From assembly GCA_963717145.1 (NCBI GenBank), contig OY970325.1, forward strand, positions 1,600,001 to 1,664,000: DNA of 64,000 bases. The letters are read 5' to 3'. The notes below the pieces were generated by a model that ran no database searches, was not told where the DNA came from, and worked only from the letters and a program-made list of their open reading frames with translations. Origin of the DNA: an uncultured Armatimonadetes bacterium (lineage in GTDB: Bacteria > Armatimonadota > UBA5829 > DTJY01). Both the position numbers and the translations under genes were made by a program. This document shows positions 1 to 10,701 of this stretch, in pieces. Each line of letters begins with the position of its first letter. Position 1 is the first letter of the stretch.

Positions 1-187
1 TCCGGACGCCGGCCTTCACGGCCTCGGTGATCTTGTCCAGGTGCATGTGGCCGGGGATGATCTCGTTCCACGAGTTGGCGATCCCGATCAGCGGCCGGCG
101 CATCTCCTCGTCCGTGTAGCCCATCGCCTTGAACAGCGACCTGTGCGGCGCGCGCTCCAGACCCTTTTTGACAACGTCACTTCTCAT
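1..187 (-). CDS. ilvD: Dihydroxy-acid dehydratase, N-terminal part (runs off window)
   Basis: Manual translation [58 protein letters not shown] upstream; preceded by a T-box. Confidence 0.95.
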   Translation of the reverse strand, partial: MRSDVVKKGLERAPHRSLFKAMGYTDEEMRRPLIGIANSWNEIIPGHMHLDKITEAVKAGVR

Positions 188-280
188 GAACAAACCTCCG
201 GATTGGAGTGGTGGAGTGTTGGGGCATTGGACCCCATTACTCCACCACTCCATTGCTCCATTCGCCCGTCACTCCACTTA

Positions 281-540
281 CGAAAAAACCCCTCATCCCC
301 CTAGGGACGAGAGGCCATTCCTCACGCGGTACCACCCTAATGGACCGAGCGTCGATATTGCGCATACGGTCCTCTCAAGGGCGGGATAACGGCCGCCGGC
401 CGGGAAAACCTAATAGTCCCGCTGCTGGGACGTTCAGCTTCCTGCTCCAAGGTGAGATTCAGCGGAAACCCGCGCTGCCTCGCACCGACCGGCAGCTCTC
501 TGAAACGGCCTGATTCCGCCTACTAGCCTCTTCACAGCAT
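281..540 (-). promoter_or_regulatory. T-box leader (tRNA-sensing attenuator) of ilvD; specifier probably CUC (Leu)
   Basis: Minus strand has AGTA, AGAGA, GAAUCUCACC specifier region (451-460), T-box GGGTGGTACCGCG (325-337) and a downstream terminator. Confidence 0.9.
283..314 (-). terminator. Intrinsic terminator of the T-box leader
   Basis: CCTCTCGTCCC-TAG-GGGGATGAGGGG hairpin followed by TTTTTT. Confidence 0.85.
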
Positions 541-561
541 GTGCTAGCTGGAATTTTTGGT

Positions 562-591
562 ATCATAACACAACTCATCCGAATACGTCAA
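562..591 (-). promoter_or_regulatory. Sigma70-type promoter for T-box/ilvD
   Basis: TTGACG-18 nt-TATGAT with extended TG. Confidence 0.6.
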
Positions 592-733
592 GTTTTTCCA
601 CACCGACTGCGTAGGAGGGGTCTTGCGGCGTCTTGATCCTCCCCTGGAGGAAGTTAAGCCATGCTGATGTGCCATCAAACAAACAACCTGCGTACTCCCG
701 GATCGCCACGATCTCGCACAGCCACCGACAAGG

Positions 734-761
734 TTGACAGGCCAGATACGCAGTGTATAAT
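734..761 (+). promoter_or_regulatory. Sigma70-type promoter of the ankyrin gene
   Basis: TTGACA-16 nt-TATAAT; ATG begins 6 nt after the -10. Confidence 0.7.
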
Positions 762-767
762 GGGCAT

Positions 768-2322
768 ATGGTGAGCCGATCTATGAGCAAGAGACAGTAC
801 GCCACCTGCGCGCTCGCGGCGGCCGCCCTCATCTTCATCGTGGGCTGCGGGACGCAGAGAGATGCGCTCCTGAAGGCGATCAAGGCCAACGACACGGCTA
901 CGGTCAAGGTACTGCTCGCACGGCGTCCAGGTCTTGCCAACATTCAGGACAAGGATGGGTACACGCCCCTGCACCATGCCACAGGGAAGGGCAACGAGGC
1001 GATGGTGCGGCTGCTCGTCGCCGCCGGCGCGGATGTAAACGCAGAGTCCGTTGACGGCGTGACCCCGATGCTGAATGCAGCTTGCCTGCCGAAGGCTGCC
1101 GGTTACAAGACAGCCCTGTTCCTGATAGAAAGTGGGGCCGACGTATCCGCGAGAGACAAAGGCGGTGCCGACGCGCTCCATTACGCGGTTGCCGGCGGTT
1201 CGTTGGGATTGGTGAAACTGCTGATCGAGCGCGGAATCGATCCGAACCGGACTGACAAACAAGGATTCACCCCTTTGCGCGTTGCGATCTGCGGAATAGA
1301 CCATCCTATGGTCGCGTTTCTCTCCGCACACGGAGCCAAGCCGCTCAGCATCCAAGACGCAGGCGCCATAGGCGACATCAAATACATCCAGGCCGCGCTC
1401 GAAGAAGAACCCCCGAGACGTCGATTCTCATGACCGGGATGGCAGCACCGCGCTGCACCTCGCGGCAATGATGGGTCAACTCGAAGCGGTGGAATACCTG
1501 ATCTCCAAAGGAGCGAGTGTGGATCGGGGCGACCGGAACGGTCTCACCGCTCTGCACTACGCCACTTATGACAGGCGAGCAACCGTCGCTGAGGTGCTGC
1601 TTCAACACGGAGCAGATCCCAACCGGCTGACTGGTGCAGGCTCTTCTCCCCTGATCTACGCTGCATCAGATGGCGCTTCGGATGTCGTGCGCGTTCTCCT
1701 GGCGCACAAGGCAGACACCAGCCTGCCCGACGGGGACGGATGGTATGCGCTCCACCATGCGGCGAGCGGCGGCCACGAAGCCGTCGTCAAGATGCTGCTG
1801 GACCATGGGGCGGATGTCAGTCCGCGTGAGGCCAAGAAGCAGTACACCCCCCTGCACACGGCAGCATATAGCGGACACACAGGCACCGTGCGCCTTCTTC
1901 TTGACAACGGAGCCGATCCGAACGCCGCCGCCGAACGAGGTTGGACCGCGCTGGCCTGCGCGGCATGGGAGCACCAAGTGGGTGCGGGCAGGCTGCTGCT
2001 CGCCCGTAAGTGCAACGTAAACGCCAGGGATAGTGACGGGCGCACCCCTCTGCACATCGCAGCCGGCGGCAATGCCGCACCGTTTGTCGAACTGCTGATC
2101 TCCTACGGAGCGGACGTGACCGCTAAGGACAACTATGGCGAAACTCCACTACACAGTGCGGCGGAAGAGGGCGCAACAGACGCCGCAGAGGCGTTGCTCA
2201 GAAACGGCGCCGACATCAACGCAAGAGACTCCACTGGGGAGACACCTCACGCTCTGGCCCTCCTCAGCGGCAAGACAGCCATGATGAAACTGCTTGCCAA
2301 GCATGGAGGCAAGCTTCTCTAG
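768..2322 (+). CDS. Ankyrin-repeat lipoprotein; one gene split by an extra base near 1400
   Basis: Many G-x-TPLH-x-A repeats in both ORFs; lipobox IVG-C; shifted frame reads KKNPRDVDSHDRDGSTALHLAAMMGQ across the junction. Confidence 0.85.
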
Positions 2323-2330
2323 GCCCGTTA

Positions 2331-3263
2331 CTACGGCGTAACCGCCTGCCGGATCGCCATCAGCTTCTCCTCGGGCGTGTCGGTCGGGACGGCACATCCA
2401 CACGTGAGGATGAAGCCGTCAGCCCCCGCCTCCGCGATCGACGATCGGCCCTGGCTGAGCACTTGGTCCGCCGTCATCTCCGCGATGCCGACCTCGTCGA
2501 TGCCGCCTGCGATGCAGCCCTGGTGGATTCCGCGCGCCTCCGAGAGACTCGGGGGAGTCAGCCGGTTGCTCCATTCGAGCACATGGTTCGGGAGGTCGTG
2601 CAGGAGGTTGAACATGATGTCCGTGCCGTGGATATGCAGCACGTTGAACGGCCCGTACGCCATCGCCGCATCGAGGATCATGTAGTCGAGCGGCTTGAAG
2701 ATGCCCCCGTATTCCTCCTCGGTCATGGTCGTCGTCTGCGCTCCGTCGAGCGCGTAATATATGCCGTCGCCACCTTCCTGGATCCATGCCTGGCAGTAGT
2801 CCATCAGCGACACAGTGATCGCCCGGAGCGCCCGCACGACTCCCTGCGGATTCGCCCGGTAGTGCTCCATGAACTTCTTGCCGCAAATCTTCCCGGCGGC
2901 GTGATGAGGGTTGAACACCGTGTCGATAATCGGAACGTCAGGGCCGAGTTCGCGCCGCATGATCTTGAGAGCCTCGAGTTGGTGGGCGAAGTTGCCCTCC
3001 CTCGGGTTGAGCGGCTGAATCTTATTCCAGTCCTGAGGATCCTCGATCTCGGTCATCCCATCGGGCAGATCGAGGGGAAGATCGTGCATCACCTTCAGGA
3101 AATCGAGGTCATACTTGCGATAGAACTCGATCTCGGCGTCCGCGAGCGGCTGCCCGGACGGGAAGTCGAGCGCGAAGTGGTACCAGAAGCTCACCGGCAC
3201 GCGGTCGGCGCGCATGCATTGGACGGCGGCCATGACTCGGTCGCGTTTGCGTGTATCAGGCAT
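2331..3263 (-). CDS. Uroporphyrinogen decarboxylase (URO-D/MtaA-like) family protein
   Basis: DRVPVSFW, LHIHG, GG(I)D, FILTCGCAVP motifs; AGGAGG RBS before ATG 3263. Confidence 0.8.
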   Translation of the reverse strand: MPDTRKRDRVMAAVQCMRADRVPVSFWYHFALDFPSGQPLADAEIEFYRKYDLDFLKVMHDLPLDLPDGMTEIEDPQDWNKIQPLNPREGNFAHQLEALKIMRRELGPDVPIIDTVFNPHHAAGKICGKKFMEHYRANPQGVVRALRAITVSLMDYCQAWIQEGGDGIYYALDGAQTTTMTEEEYGGIFKPLDYMILDAAMAYGPFNVLHIHGTDIMFNLLHDLPNHVLEWSNRLTPPSLSEARGIHQGCIAGGIDEVGIAEMTADQVLSQGRSSIAEAGADGFILTCGCAVPTDTPEEKLMAIRQAVTP

Positions 3264-3321
3264 GAGAATCCTCCTCTTCGGTAGACCGGCGGGATGTTCT
3301 TCCCCGCCCTGGGACCACGCT

Positions 3322-3381
3322 GTAGGGGCGTGCCTTGTGCCGCCGTGACCGCCTGCCGGGCGGCACAAGGCACGCCCCTAC
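3322..3381. repeat. GTAG REP doublet, family A
   Basis: GTAGGGGCGTGCCTTGTGCCGCC ... GGCGGCACAAGGCACGCCCCTAC. Confidence 0.9.
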
Positions 3382-3385
3382 AGCG

Positions 3386-4803
3386 TCATTGATCGGTTTC
3401 CGGGACCGGGGCTGCGCCGTAGATCGCGTGGGGAGCGCCTACCCGGACCGCCCAGGCGCTGTCTCCGTACGAGTAGTGCCACCACTCCCCCGGATAGCTG
3501 CTGAATCCGGCGGCGAGCATGACATCGGCGAGCATCTGTCGGTTCTTCGCCGCTTGCGGAGTCGCCAGCCTGCTATACAGCGGCAGCGCGAGCATACCGC
3601 TCTTTTCGCCGCTCCCGCGGCACGACTTCATATCCAACTCCTCGCCGTCCGGGCCGAGGATCGTCAGATCGACGGCGGCGCCCGTGGTGTGACCGGGAGG
3701 ATGCTTGGCATCCGGTGGCGCGAGGAACTTGTTCGCCTCGCGTCGGAGCTGGCTCTTCGGCCACTCGGGATGCTGCTCCATCAGCCGGCCCATGAACTCC
3801 TCGTAGATCCTACGCTGATGCTCCATCGTGCGGAGGATCATCCTGACCTTCAGCTTATACCCCTCCGGAAGGAGTCCGTTCGCCTTCCGAAGCATTTCGA
3901 CGACCGTCTTCCGTCCCCAGGTAGGCCTGTCACGCAGCTCGATCTCGGGCACGTATACCGCGAGATCGACGAGCGGCTCACCGTTCTCGCGAACAGGTAT
4001 CCCATCGATCGCCGACACAGGCTCAGGGCGCGGATTGCTGAACGCCGTGTGCGGCTTACGGGCGACGATCACTATCGCGCCGGAATGCAGCTTTCGGAAC
4101 GGCTCGGCTGGATAGCCTCCGTAGAGTTCCATTCCCTCGAACCCGACCGCCTTGAGATGCGAGACGAGCAGGTCGCTCGTCAGCGCGCGCTGAGGGATCG
4201 CGTGCACGTGCATCTGCCAACCCTCGGAGTCCTTCACCATGACCACCAGGTTGAAAGTCAGAGTGTCCCCGTGGAAATCGAAGAACCGCTGAAATAGATA
4301 CTCCCTGCCCTGTGCCTTCCGGGCGGCGAGTGGCATGAATCGCTCCTGCTTGCCGACGATCTGGTCGTAGTTGTTGTTCTGGATGATGACGACTCCGCCG
4401 GGAAGCAAAACGTCGTGCATGGACTTAAGCGACGCATCGAGTTCCTCGTCGGAGAGCACGTGAGGGAGCGAATTGCCGAGACAGGTCACAGCGTCGAACA
4501 TGCCGCCGACCTTGTCGAGTTCGGTGAAACCGGCCCTGATGAACTCGATCGCTCGGTCGCCGGCATTCTCCCTGACTTCCTCACCATTGCCGGACTGGAA
4601 TCCGCCCCGACGACGTGGTAGCCCCAGTCATCGAAGGCGATGGCATGCTTACCGGTGCCGCACGCCGTGTCGAGAATCCGACTGGCGTTGTACTCCCTGA
4701 ATACGCGGGCGAAGAAGGCCCGTTCGCGCTTCAGGCGCTCCTTCCACGAGATCAGCAGGTCATAGTATGCGGCTACGGAGTCGTATGGTTCTTTGGTAGT
4801 CAT
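3386..4803 (-). CDS. Class I SAM methyltransferase fused to a VanX/DdpX-like (M15) D,D-dipeptidase; one base missing near 4575
   Basis: ILDTACGTG motif I, FDAVTCLGNSLPH, LLPGG; C-terminal H-TTG-AAVD and EWWH Zn-peptidase motifs. Confidence 0.8.
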
Positions 4804-4902
4804 CAGTTCTCAGTTCTCAGTCATCAGTAATCAGTGATCGGTCTTGGCGTTCTCGGCGTCTGGGCGGTTCCTTTTCCATTCCGCAATCCGCATTCCGCAT
4901 TC
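4801..4902. repeat. Cluster of short tandem repeats (7-mers TCAGTNN and ATTCCGC; 9-mer CTTGGCGT-like)
   Basis: Visible degenerate tandem units in the intergenic gap. Confidence 0.7.
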
Positions 4903-4907
4903 GCCAT

Positions 4908-5744
4908 TCAGTCCGGCCATTCGCCCTCGAAGACGATCCTTGCCGGCCCGGATGCCGTGATGTCCCGATGCTCCGGCCACTCGACCCGCAGTACCCCACC
5001 GGGCGACCGTACGGACGCCGATGTACCTGCAAGCCCGTGGAGGTTCGCCGCCACCAGCGCCGCACATGCGCCCGATCCGCACCCGAGCGTCGGCCCAACG
5101 CCCCTCTCCCACGTGCGAATCAGGAGCGACTCGGGCGACTCGACATGGCACCAGGTCACGTTGATCCGCTCAGGGAAGAGCGGGTGTTTCTCGATCTCGG
5201 CGCTGACCGGCGGGATCGTCTCCCAGAAATCCGAAACGTCCGCGAAGATCACCGCGTGCGGCGTCCCGACGAGTACGCAGTTGGCGGTGTACATCCCGCC
5301 ATCGACATTCACCTGGACGCTCAGGCCGTCCTCTGCCGGAACGGCAACCGGAATGTCATCAGCTCGGGTGCTGGGCGTGCCCATGTTCACGCTCGCGCAG
5401 CAGGCGTCCTCCTCATTGACCACTACCTCGGCACTGACGATGCCCGACATGGCCTCGAAGCTGATCGAACGCTTGCCGACCAGACCCCTCTCGAACACAA
5501 ATACTGCGCCGCACCGCATGCCGTTGCCACAGACATCCTCGGTGCCATCAGGATTCCACATGCGGAATCGGAAGTCCGCCGACTCCGACCGCGACATCAC
5601 GAGCAGGCCGTCCGAGCCGACGCCGAAGTGGTGCGCGCACATCTCCAGGGCCAGCGCCGACCAGTCCATCTCAGGCAGGTCCCGCGCGTCAATCAGCACA
5701 AAGTGGTTGCCGATCGCCTCGACTTTGGTGAAAGCAATAGCCAT
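4908..5744 (-). CDS. dapF: Diaminopimelate epimerase
   Basis: FTK..GNHF, GVGSDG, NPDG..CGNGMRC, ERGVGPTLGCGSG. Confidence 0.96.
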   Translation of the reverse strand: MAIAFTKVEAIGNHFVLIDARDLPEMDWSALALEMCAHHFGVGSDGLLVMSRSESADFRFRMWNPDGTEDVCGNGMRCGAVFVFERGLVGKRSISFEAMSGIVSAEVVVNEEDACCASVNMGTPSTRADDIPVAVPAEDGLSVQVNVDGGMYTANCVLVGTPHAVIFADVSDFWETIPPVSAEIEKHPLFPERINVTWCHVESPESLLIRTWERGVGPTLGCGSGACAALVAANLHGLAGTSASVRSPGGVLRVEWPEHRDITASGPARIVFEGEWPD

Positions 5745-5808
5745 GTAGTGGCCGTGCCTCCGTGCCGGCCTTCTGTCACTATGGCCGGCACGGAGGCACG
5801 GCCAATAC
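5745..5808. repeat. GTAG REP doublet, family B
   Basis: GTAGTGGCCGTGCCTCCGTGCCGGCC ... GGCCGGCACGGAGGCACGGCCAATAC. Confidence 0.9.
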
Positions 5809-5811
5809 ATG

Positions 5812-7893
5812 TTAAGCCTCGATCTCCTCGAACTGGAATTCGGCGGTCTCGGCCACCTGTTTGAACCAATTCATCTCCGGGTCTACCAGCATGAACCACC
5901 ACGCGGATGGACGATGGCCGGTGTACCTCAGACCTTTGCCGGTCAGGATGGCGTCCCTCACGAGCCATGCACGCGCCAGTTCGGCCTCATATTCGATGGC
6001 CTTGAGCATCTCTCGAGCGGCTACGATCTTGCCGCTCTTCTCCATACTCTGGACCGTCTCCTTCAGTTCCCGGCTCCGATTCTGAGCCTCGGTCGCCTCC
6101 GACCGCCTCTGGTCTATCCGCCGCTCGAGGTTGGCGCGCTCCATCTCGTGAGAAGCGATGCGCTTCTCGAGATCGTGTATCTGCGCCTCATCCGGTGAGT
6201 CCTGCCGGAGCTGCCAGATCTGATCGCGCAACGGCTTGATCGTGGTCCGAAAATGCTCGCCCTTCTCGGCCTCGAGCTGCTGGACTTCCTGCTTCAGTTG
6301 GTAGCTGAGGTCCTTGAGACGGATCGATTCTTCCTTCATCGGGACGGTGTGCTCGGAAAGGTCGCGGACGAGCACAGAGGTCCGCCGATACTCCTGAGCC
6401 CTGTCGCTCCACGACTCACCCTTGTAGCCTGCCAGGAACGCCACGAATTCCTCGGTGGTCGAGAACCCCCTGATCGTGTCGAGCAGCTTCTCCTGTGCAT
6501 CGGCCACGCTCCTCCAGGAGTCCGAGAACTCGACTGCAGTGATCTCCCCCTGGCCGAACGCCGATGCGAGGTGGCCGGGCAGTCTGAACGTCGCCTCCGT
6601 GGTCTTGAGCGCGTCCCAGGTACTGTATCCTATGCGGAGAATCGGGTGGAACTGCAGTCCAATCCCGCTCTGTTTCATCAGCCTGACCATCGTCCGGCAG
6701 CGAGGGATATACGCCGAACCCTCGAGGTTGAGAACGAACACGAACTCGCTTGCCATCATGAGCACGAGCGTCAAGGCCTTGCCAATCAGAGCAACCCCGA
6801 CCCCCAGGTGATCTTCCACCACTGCGGCAAGACTATCCAAGTCCTCGGGGCACGATGTGCATGGGATCCGGATCGGCTCGTCCGTATCGATCACGATCTC
6901 GCCGTCCCTCAGGCATACTGTCCCCCTACCCTTGCCCGGAATCACGATATCAAACGGGATTGCGCCTTCCGAGAACTTGTCGAGCGTATAGATATCCGAT
7001 CCGGCGACGGCTTGATCGTACGCCGCCTGACACGCGTCTCTGGTTCGCGGATCGAGAAAAGCACCCACCGGCCTGAACCTGGGAAGATGCGCGGTCGATC
7101 GGTTGAACGTGAACATCTCGAGGGATGACCCCAGTTCCAGGTTGCGCGGCTTGCGGCCAAGAAGGCGCTCGTAGAACATCGGCAGGAGGTCGCGGAACAT
7201 GCCGGCGACCGATGCATTCGGATTCGCGTCGGCATACTCTCTGACCTGCGCCAAAAGCTCGTCCGACACCCGAGACGCGCGCCTGGCATCCGGCTCCGAC
7301 AGTGACTCGATGCTCTCTCGAAGCCCCCAGGACAGCAGTTCGAGAAGATGGGGGAGAGCGTCGCGCAGTGGCACGCAGCACGAAACCTCGTTCCCGGAAT
7401 CGGCATGCACCAGCCCGCGCCAACCCCAGGCCTCGGTCGCGGTATCCACAAACGCCACCCGCCCGCCCGGGAAGTCCTTGCCCACCTTGTCGATCTGCAC
7501 GCCATGCTCGGTCAGCATCTCTCTGGTTGGAATGGTCTCGCTTCCAAACAGGCGCGAGATCTCCCCAGTCGCCACCCAGAGGTCGCGCGTGCTGCCATCG
7601 TTGTGCGGGAGGACAGCCCAGTCACTCTGAAGCGAAAGGGTCGTCGGGATCTTGGAGAAGTAGTCGGCATCGTGGATACCGATCACCATCGTTGTTTCCG
7701 GCAGCCGCTCATCGAGCACATGCCGAAGGATCGCCTTCATCGGCTCATCCCAGTAGACAGTCTGTCCCAGCGCGAGGAGCTTGACTCCCGCGAGTTCCGT
7801 TCTCAGGCGTGTTATGACAGGATCGAACTGCTCGTGCGACTTATCCATAGTTGACAGCGATTCGGATATCAGCGACGGGTGAGATGATAACAT
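5812..7893 (-). CDS. Large hypothetical protein with a C-terminal coiled coil
   Basis: About 690-codon ORF within a gene string; E/K/Q/R-rich heptad region; start uncertain (7902/7893/7848). Confidence 0.8.
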   Translation of the reverse strand: MLSSHPSLISESLSTMDKSHEQFDPVITRLRTELAGVKLLALGQTVYWDEPMKAILRHVLDERLPETTMVIGIHDADYFSKIPTTLSLQSDWAVLPHNDGSTRDLWVATGEISRLFGSETIPTREMLTEHGVQIDKVGKDFPGGRVAFVDTATEAWGWRGLVHADSGNEVSCCVPLRDALPHLLELLSWGLRESIESLSEPDARRASRVSDELLAQVREYADANPNASVAGMFRDLLPMFYERLLGRKPRNLELGSSLEMFTFNRSTAHLPRFRPVGAFLDPRTRDACQAAYDQAVAGSDIYTLDKFSEGAIPFDIVIPGKGRGTVCLRDGEIVIDTDEPIRIPCTSCPEDLDSLAAVVEDHLGVGVALIGKALTLVLMMASEFVFVLNLEGSAYIPRCRTMVRLMKQSGIGLQFHPILRIGYSTWDALKTTEATFRLPGHLASAFGQGEITAVEFSDSWRSVADAQEKLLDTIRGFSTTEEFVAFLAGYKGESWSDRAQEYRRTSVLVRDLSEHTVPMKEESIRLKDLSYQLKQEVQQLEAEKGEHFRTTIKPLRDQIWQLRQDSPDEAQIHDLEKRIASHEMERANLERRIDQRRSEATEAQNRSRELKETVQSMEKSGKIVAAREMLKAIEYEAELARAWLVRDAILTGKGLRYTGHRPSAWWFMLVDPEMNWFKQVAETAEFQFEEIEA

Positions 7894-7908
7894 AGTCGGC
7901 ATCCTCGG

Positions 7909-8613
7909 TCAACGCTCCACCATCTGCGGTGTGAAATCCACGAGGTCCGCTGAGACCGCTTGGTACCTCACACCGTTTACCATTCCCTCCAACCAGGTCC
8001 CGATGCCGAGGTGAACATGCCCGTACACCAGGACATCGACCGACTGGCGCGAGAGCACCTCGGCGAACTCGTTCGGGCGGAGCTTCTCGTCAAACGGCGG
8101 GAAATGGAGCATCGCGATCCGAGTGCTCACGCTATCCGGGATCGAGCGCAGGCCGTTTTCGAGATAAGTCAGTTCGCGCTGAAATATGCGGGCCGACTGC
8201 TCCTCATCGACCAACTCCCCGCGCGCGTCCCAGTCCATGCGCCAGCCCCGCGTTCCTGTTATGCCCACAGAACCGATTACCACAGACGTCCCCTGCAGAA
8301 ACGTCAGGTTTCCATTTATCTCCCGCTGGATCTGTGAGGTCGCCTTCCGGTTCCACCAGTAGTCATGGTTGCCGCGAATCAGCAACTTCATGCCCGGGAG
8401 GTCGTCCACAAACTTCAGGTCCGGGCGCGCCTCTGAGAGTCGCATCGCCCACGAGAGGTCACCCGGCATCAGCACGACATCGTCCGGCCCGACGACACGC
8501 TCCCAGTTGGTACGTACCCGTTCCGCGTGGTTCTCCCACGCAGGGCCGAAGATATCCATCGGCTTCGGATTCGCTGACGAGAGATGCAGGTCGGAGATCG
8601 CGTAAATGCTCAT
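7909..8613 (-). CDS. Calcineurin-like metallophosphoesterase
   Basis: DLH, GD, GNHD, H, GHVH motifs. Confidence 0.9.
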   Translation of the reverse strand: MSIYAISDLHLSSANPKPMDIFGPAWENHAERVRTNWERVVGPDDVVLMPGDLSWAMRLSEARPDLKFVDDLPGMKLLIRGNHDYWWNRKATSQIQREINGNLTFLQGTSVVIGSVGITGTRGWRMDWDARGELVDEEQSARIFQRELTYLENGLRSIPDSVSTRIAMLHFPPFDEKLRPNEFAEVLSRQSVDVLVYGHVHLGIGTWLEGMVNGVRYQAVSADLVDFTPQMVER

Positions 8614-8679
8614 GGTCAGTCGATTATACCCCAAACCGGCAAGTGACCGCGATTCGGCGACCTGCCGCTCCCCCACGCT

Positions 8680-8762
8680 GTAGGGGCGTGCCTTGTGCCG
8701 CCCGGTCTATTACCCGTCAGAGACATGGTTGTCACTTCGGGCGGCACAAGGCACGCCCCTAC
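8680..8762. repeat. GTAG REP doublet, family A (12-bp inverted flanks extend it to 8668-8774)
   Basis: Same arms as the 3322 copy. Confidence 0.9.
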
Positions 8763-8785
8763 AGCGTGGGGGAGGGATCGGTCGA

Positions 8786-8814
8786 TTGGCATGCGGGACG
8801 CGTTCGGGTATAAT
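8786..8814 (+). promoter_or_regulatory. Sigma70-type promoter
   Basis: TTGGCA-17 nt-TATAAT upstream of the GAGGTG RBS. Confidence 0.6.
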
Positions 8815-8830
8815 ACCGGCGAGGTGCATT

Positions 8831-9574
8831 ATGAGCCAAGTTCAGATCATCGCGCACAGGGGCTACTCCGCGGCGGCCCCCGAGAATACACTGGCGGCGT
8901 TCCGCAAGGCCATCGAGCTTAAGCCTGGCATGATCGAATGCGACATCCGGCGCACGAAGGACGGCAAACTCGTCATCATCCACGACGCGACGCTCGAGCG
9001 GACGACGAACGGCAGCGGGAAGGTCGCGGATCACACACTTGAGGAGCTTCGGCAACTCGACGCAGGAAGCTGGTTCGCGCCGGAGTTCGCGGGCGAGAAG
9101 CTCCCGACGCTCGATGAGGCGATCGAGTGCATCAAGGGAAGCGGCGTCAAGCTGATCATCGAGATCAAGGAGCCCGGAACGGAGGATGACGTGGTCACGG
9201 CGCTCTACGATCATGGGATGCAGGATCAGTCGATGCTCTGCTCGTTCCACTACCAAGTCGGAGTGCGCATGCCCCAACTGGCACCCGAGATCATGTTCTC
9301 GCCGATCATCGCGCCAAAGGAGGAGGTCGGCCAGGACGAGGCGGTCGCGCTCGCGGATGAAGCGGCCACGGTGAACGGCTCGGTCTTCGCGGTACACTAC
9401 AAGGCGATCACCCCGGCGCTGGTGAAGGCGACTCACACGGCGAACATGCTGATGGAGGCCTGGACGGTCGATGACCCGGACGAGGTGCTCCGCCTGGCCG
9501 AGATGGGCGTCGATCTCATCGGCAGCAACAAGACCGCCCTCGCGATTGAGACACTCTCTGCAAGCCGGACGTAA
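8831..9574 (+). CDS. Glycerophosphodiester phosphodiesterase
   Basis: IAHRG, PENT, ECD, TKDG..IHD, IEIK, WTVD. Confidence 0.93.
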   Translation: MSQVQIIAHRGYSAAAPENTLAAFRKAIELKPGMIECDIRRTKDGKLVIIHDATLERTTNGSGKVADHTLEELRQLDAGSWFAPEFAGEKLPTLDEAIECIKGSGVKLIIEIKEPGTEDDVVTALYDHGMQDQSMLCSFHYQVGVRMPQLAPEIMFSPIIAPKEEVGQDEAVALADEAATVNGSVFAVHYKAITPALVKATHTANMLMEAWTVDDPDEVLRLAEMGVDLIGSNKTALAIETLSASRT

Positions 9575-9582
9575 GCTCTGCG

Positions 9583-9726
9583 CCCCTCCTTACGAAGGAG
9601 GGGCCGGCCTCTGGGCCGGGGGAGGTTTCCTTGGCGATCTTGGCGTCTTGGCGGTTCCCCCTCTGCGGCCGAGCCGCCGGTAATACCCCCGCGGCCCAGA
9701 GGCCGGTCCCCCTTATCAAGGGGGAC
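9583..9726. repeat. Inverted repeat pair, family I, enclosing a 9-mer tandem repeat
   Basis: CCGGCCTCTGGGCC / GGCCCAGAGGCCGG arms, each with a terminal CCCC..GGGG hairpin; related arm at 18981-19020. Confidence 0.65.
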
Positions 9727-9839
9727 ATCTGTCTCCCCTCACCCTCTGCTCCCCCACTCCCATTCTCCCACACGCTCCATTGGCATCTCAGCCCTCCTCG
9801 TGCTATAATCTGAGCAGCAAACGATCTCAGGGGTACTCG

Positions 9840-10604
<765 letters not shown>

Positions 10605-10613
10605 ATCAGCGCT

Positions 10614-10679
10614 GTAGGGGCGTGCCTTGTGCCGCCCGGCTCGATACACCGTTGCGGGCGGCACAAGGCACGCCCCTAC
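10614..10679. repeat. GTAG REP doublet, family A
   Basis: Same arms as the 3322 copy. Confidence 0.9.
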
Positions 10680-10701
10680 AGCGCTGGGTGAAGGAGAAGG
10701 A

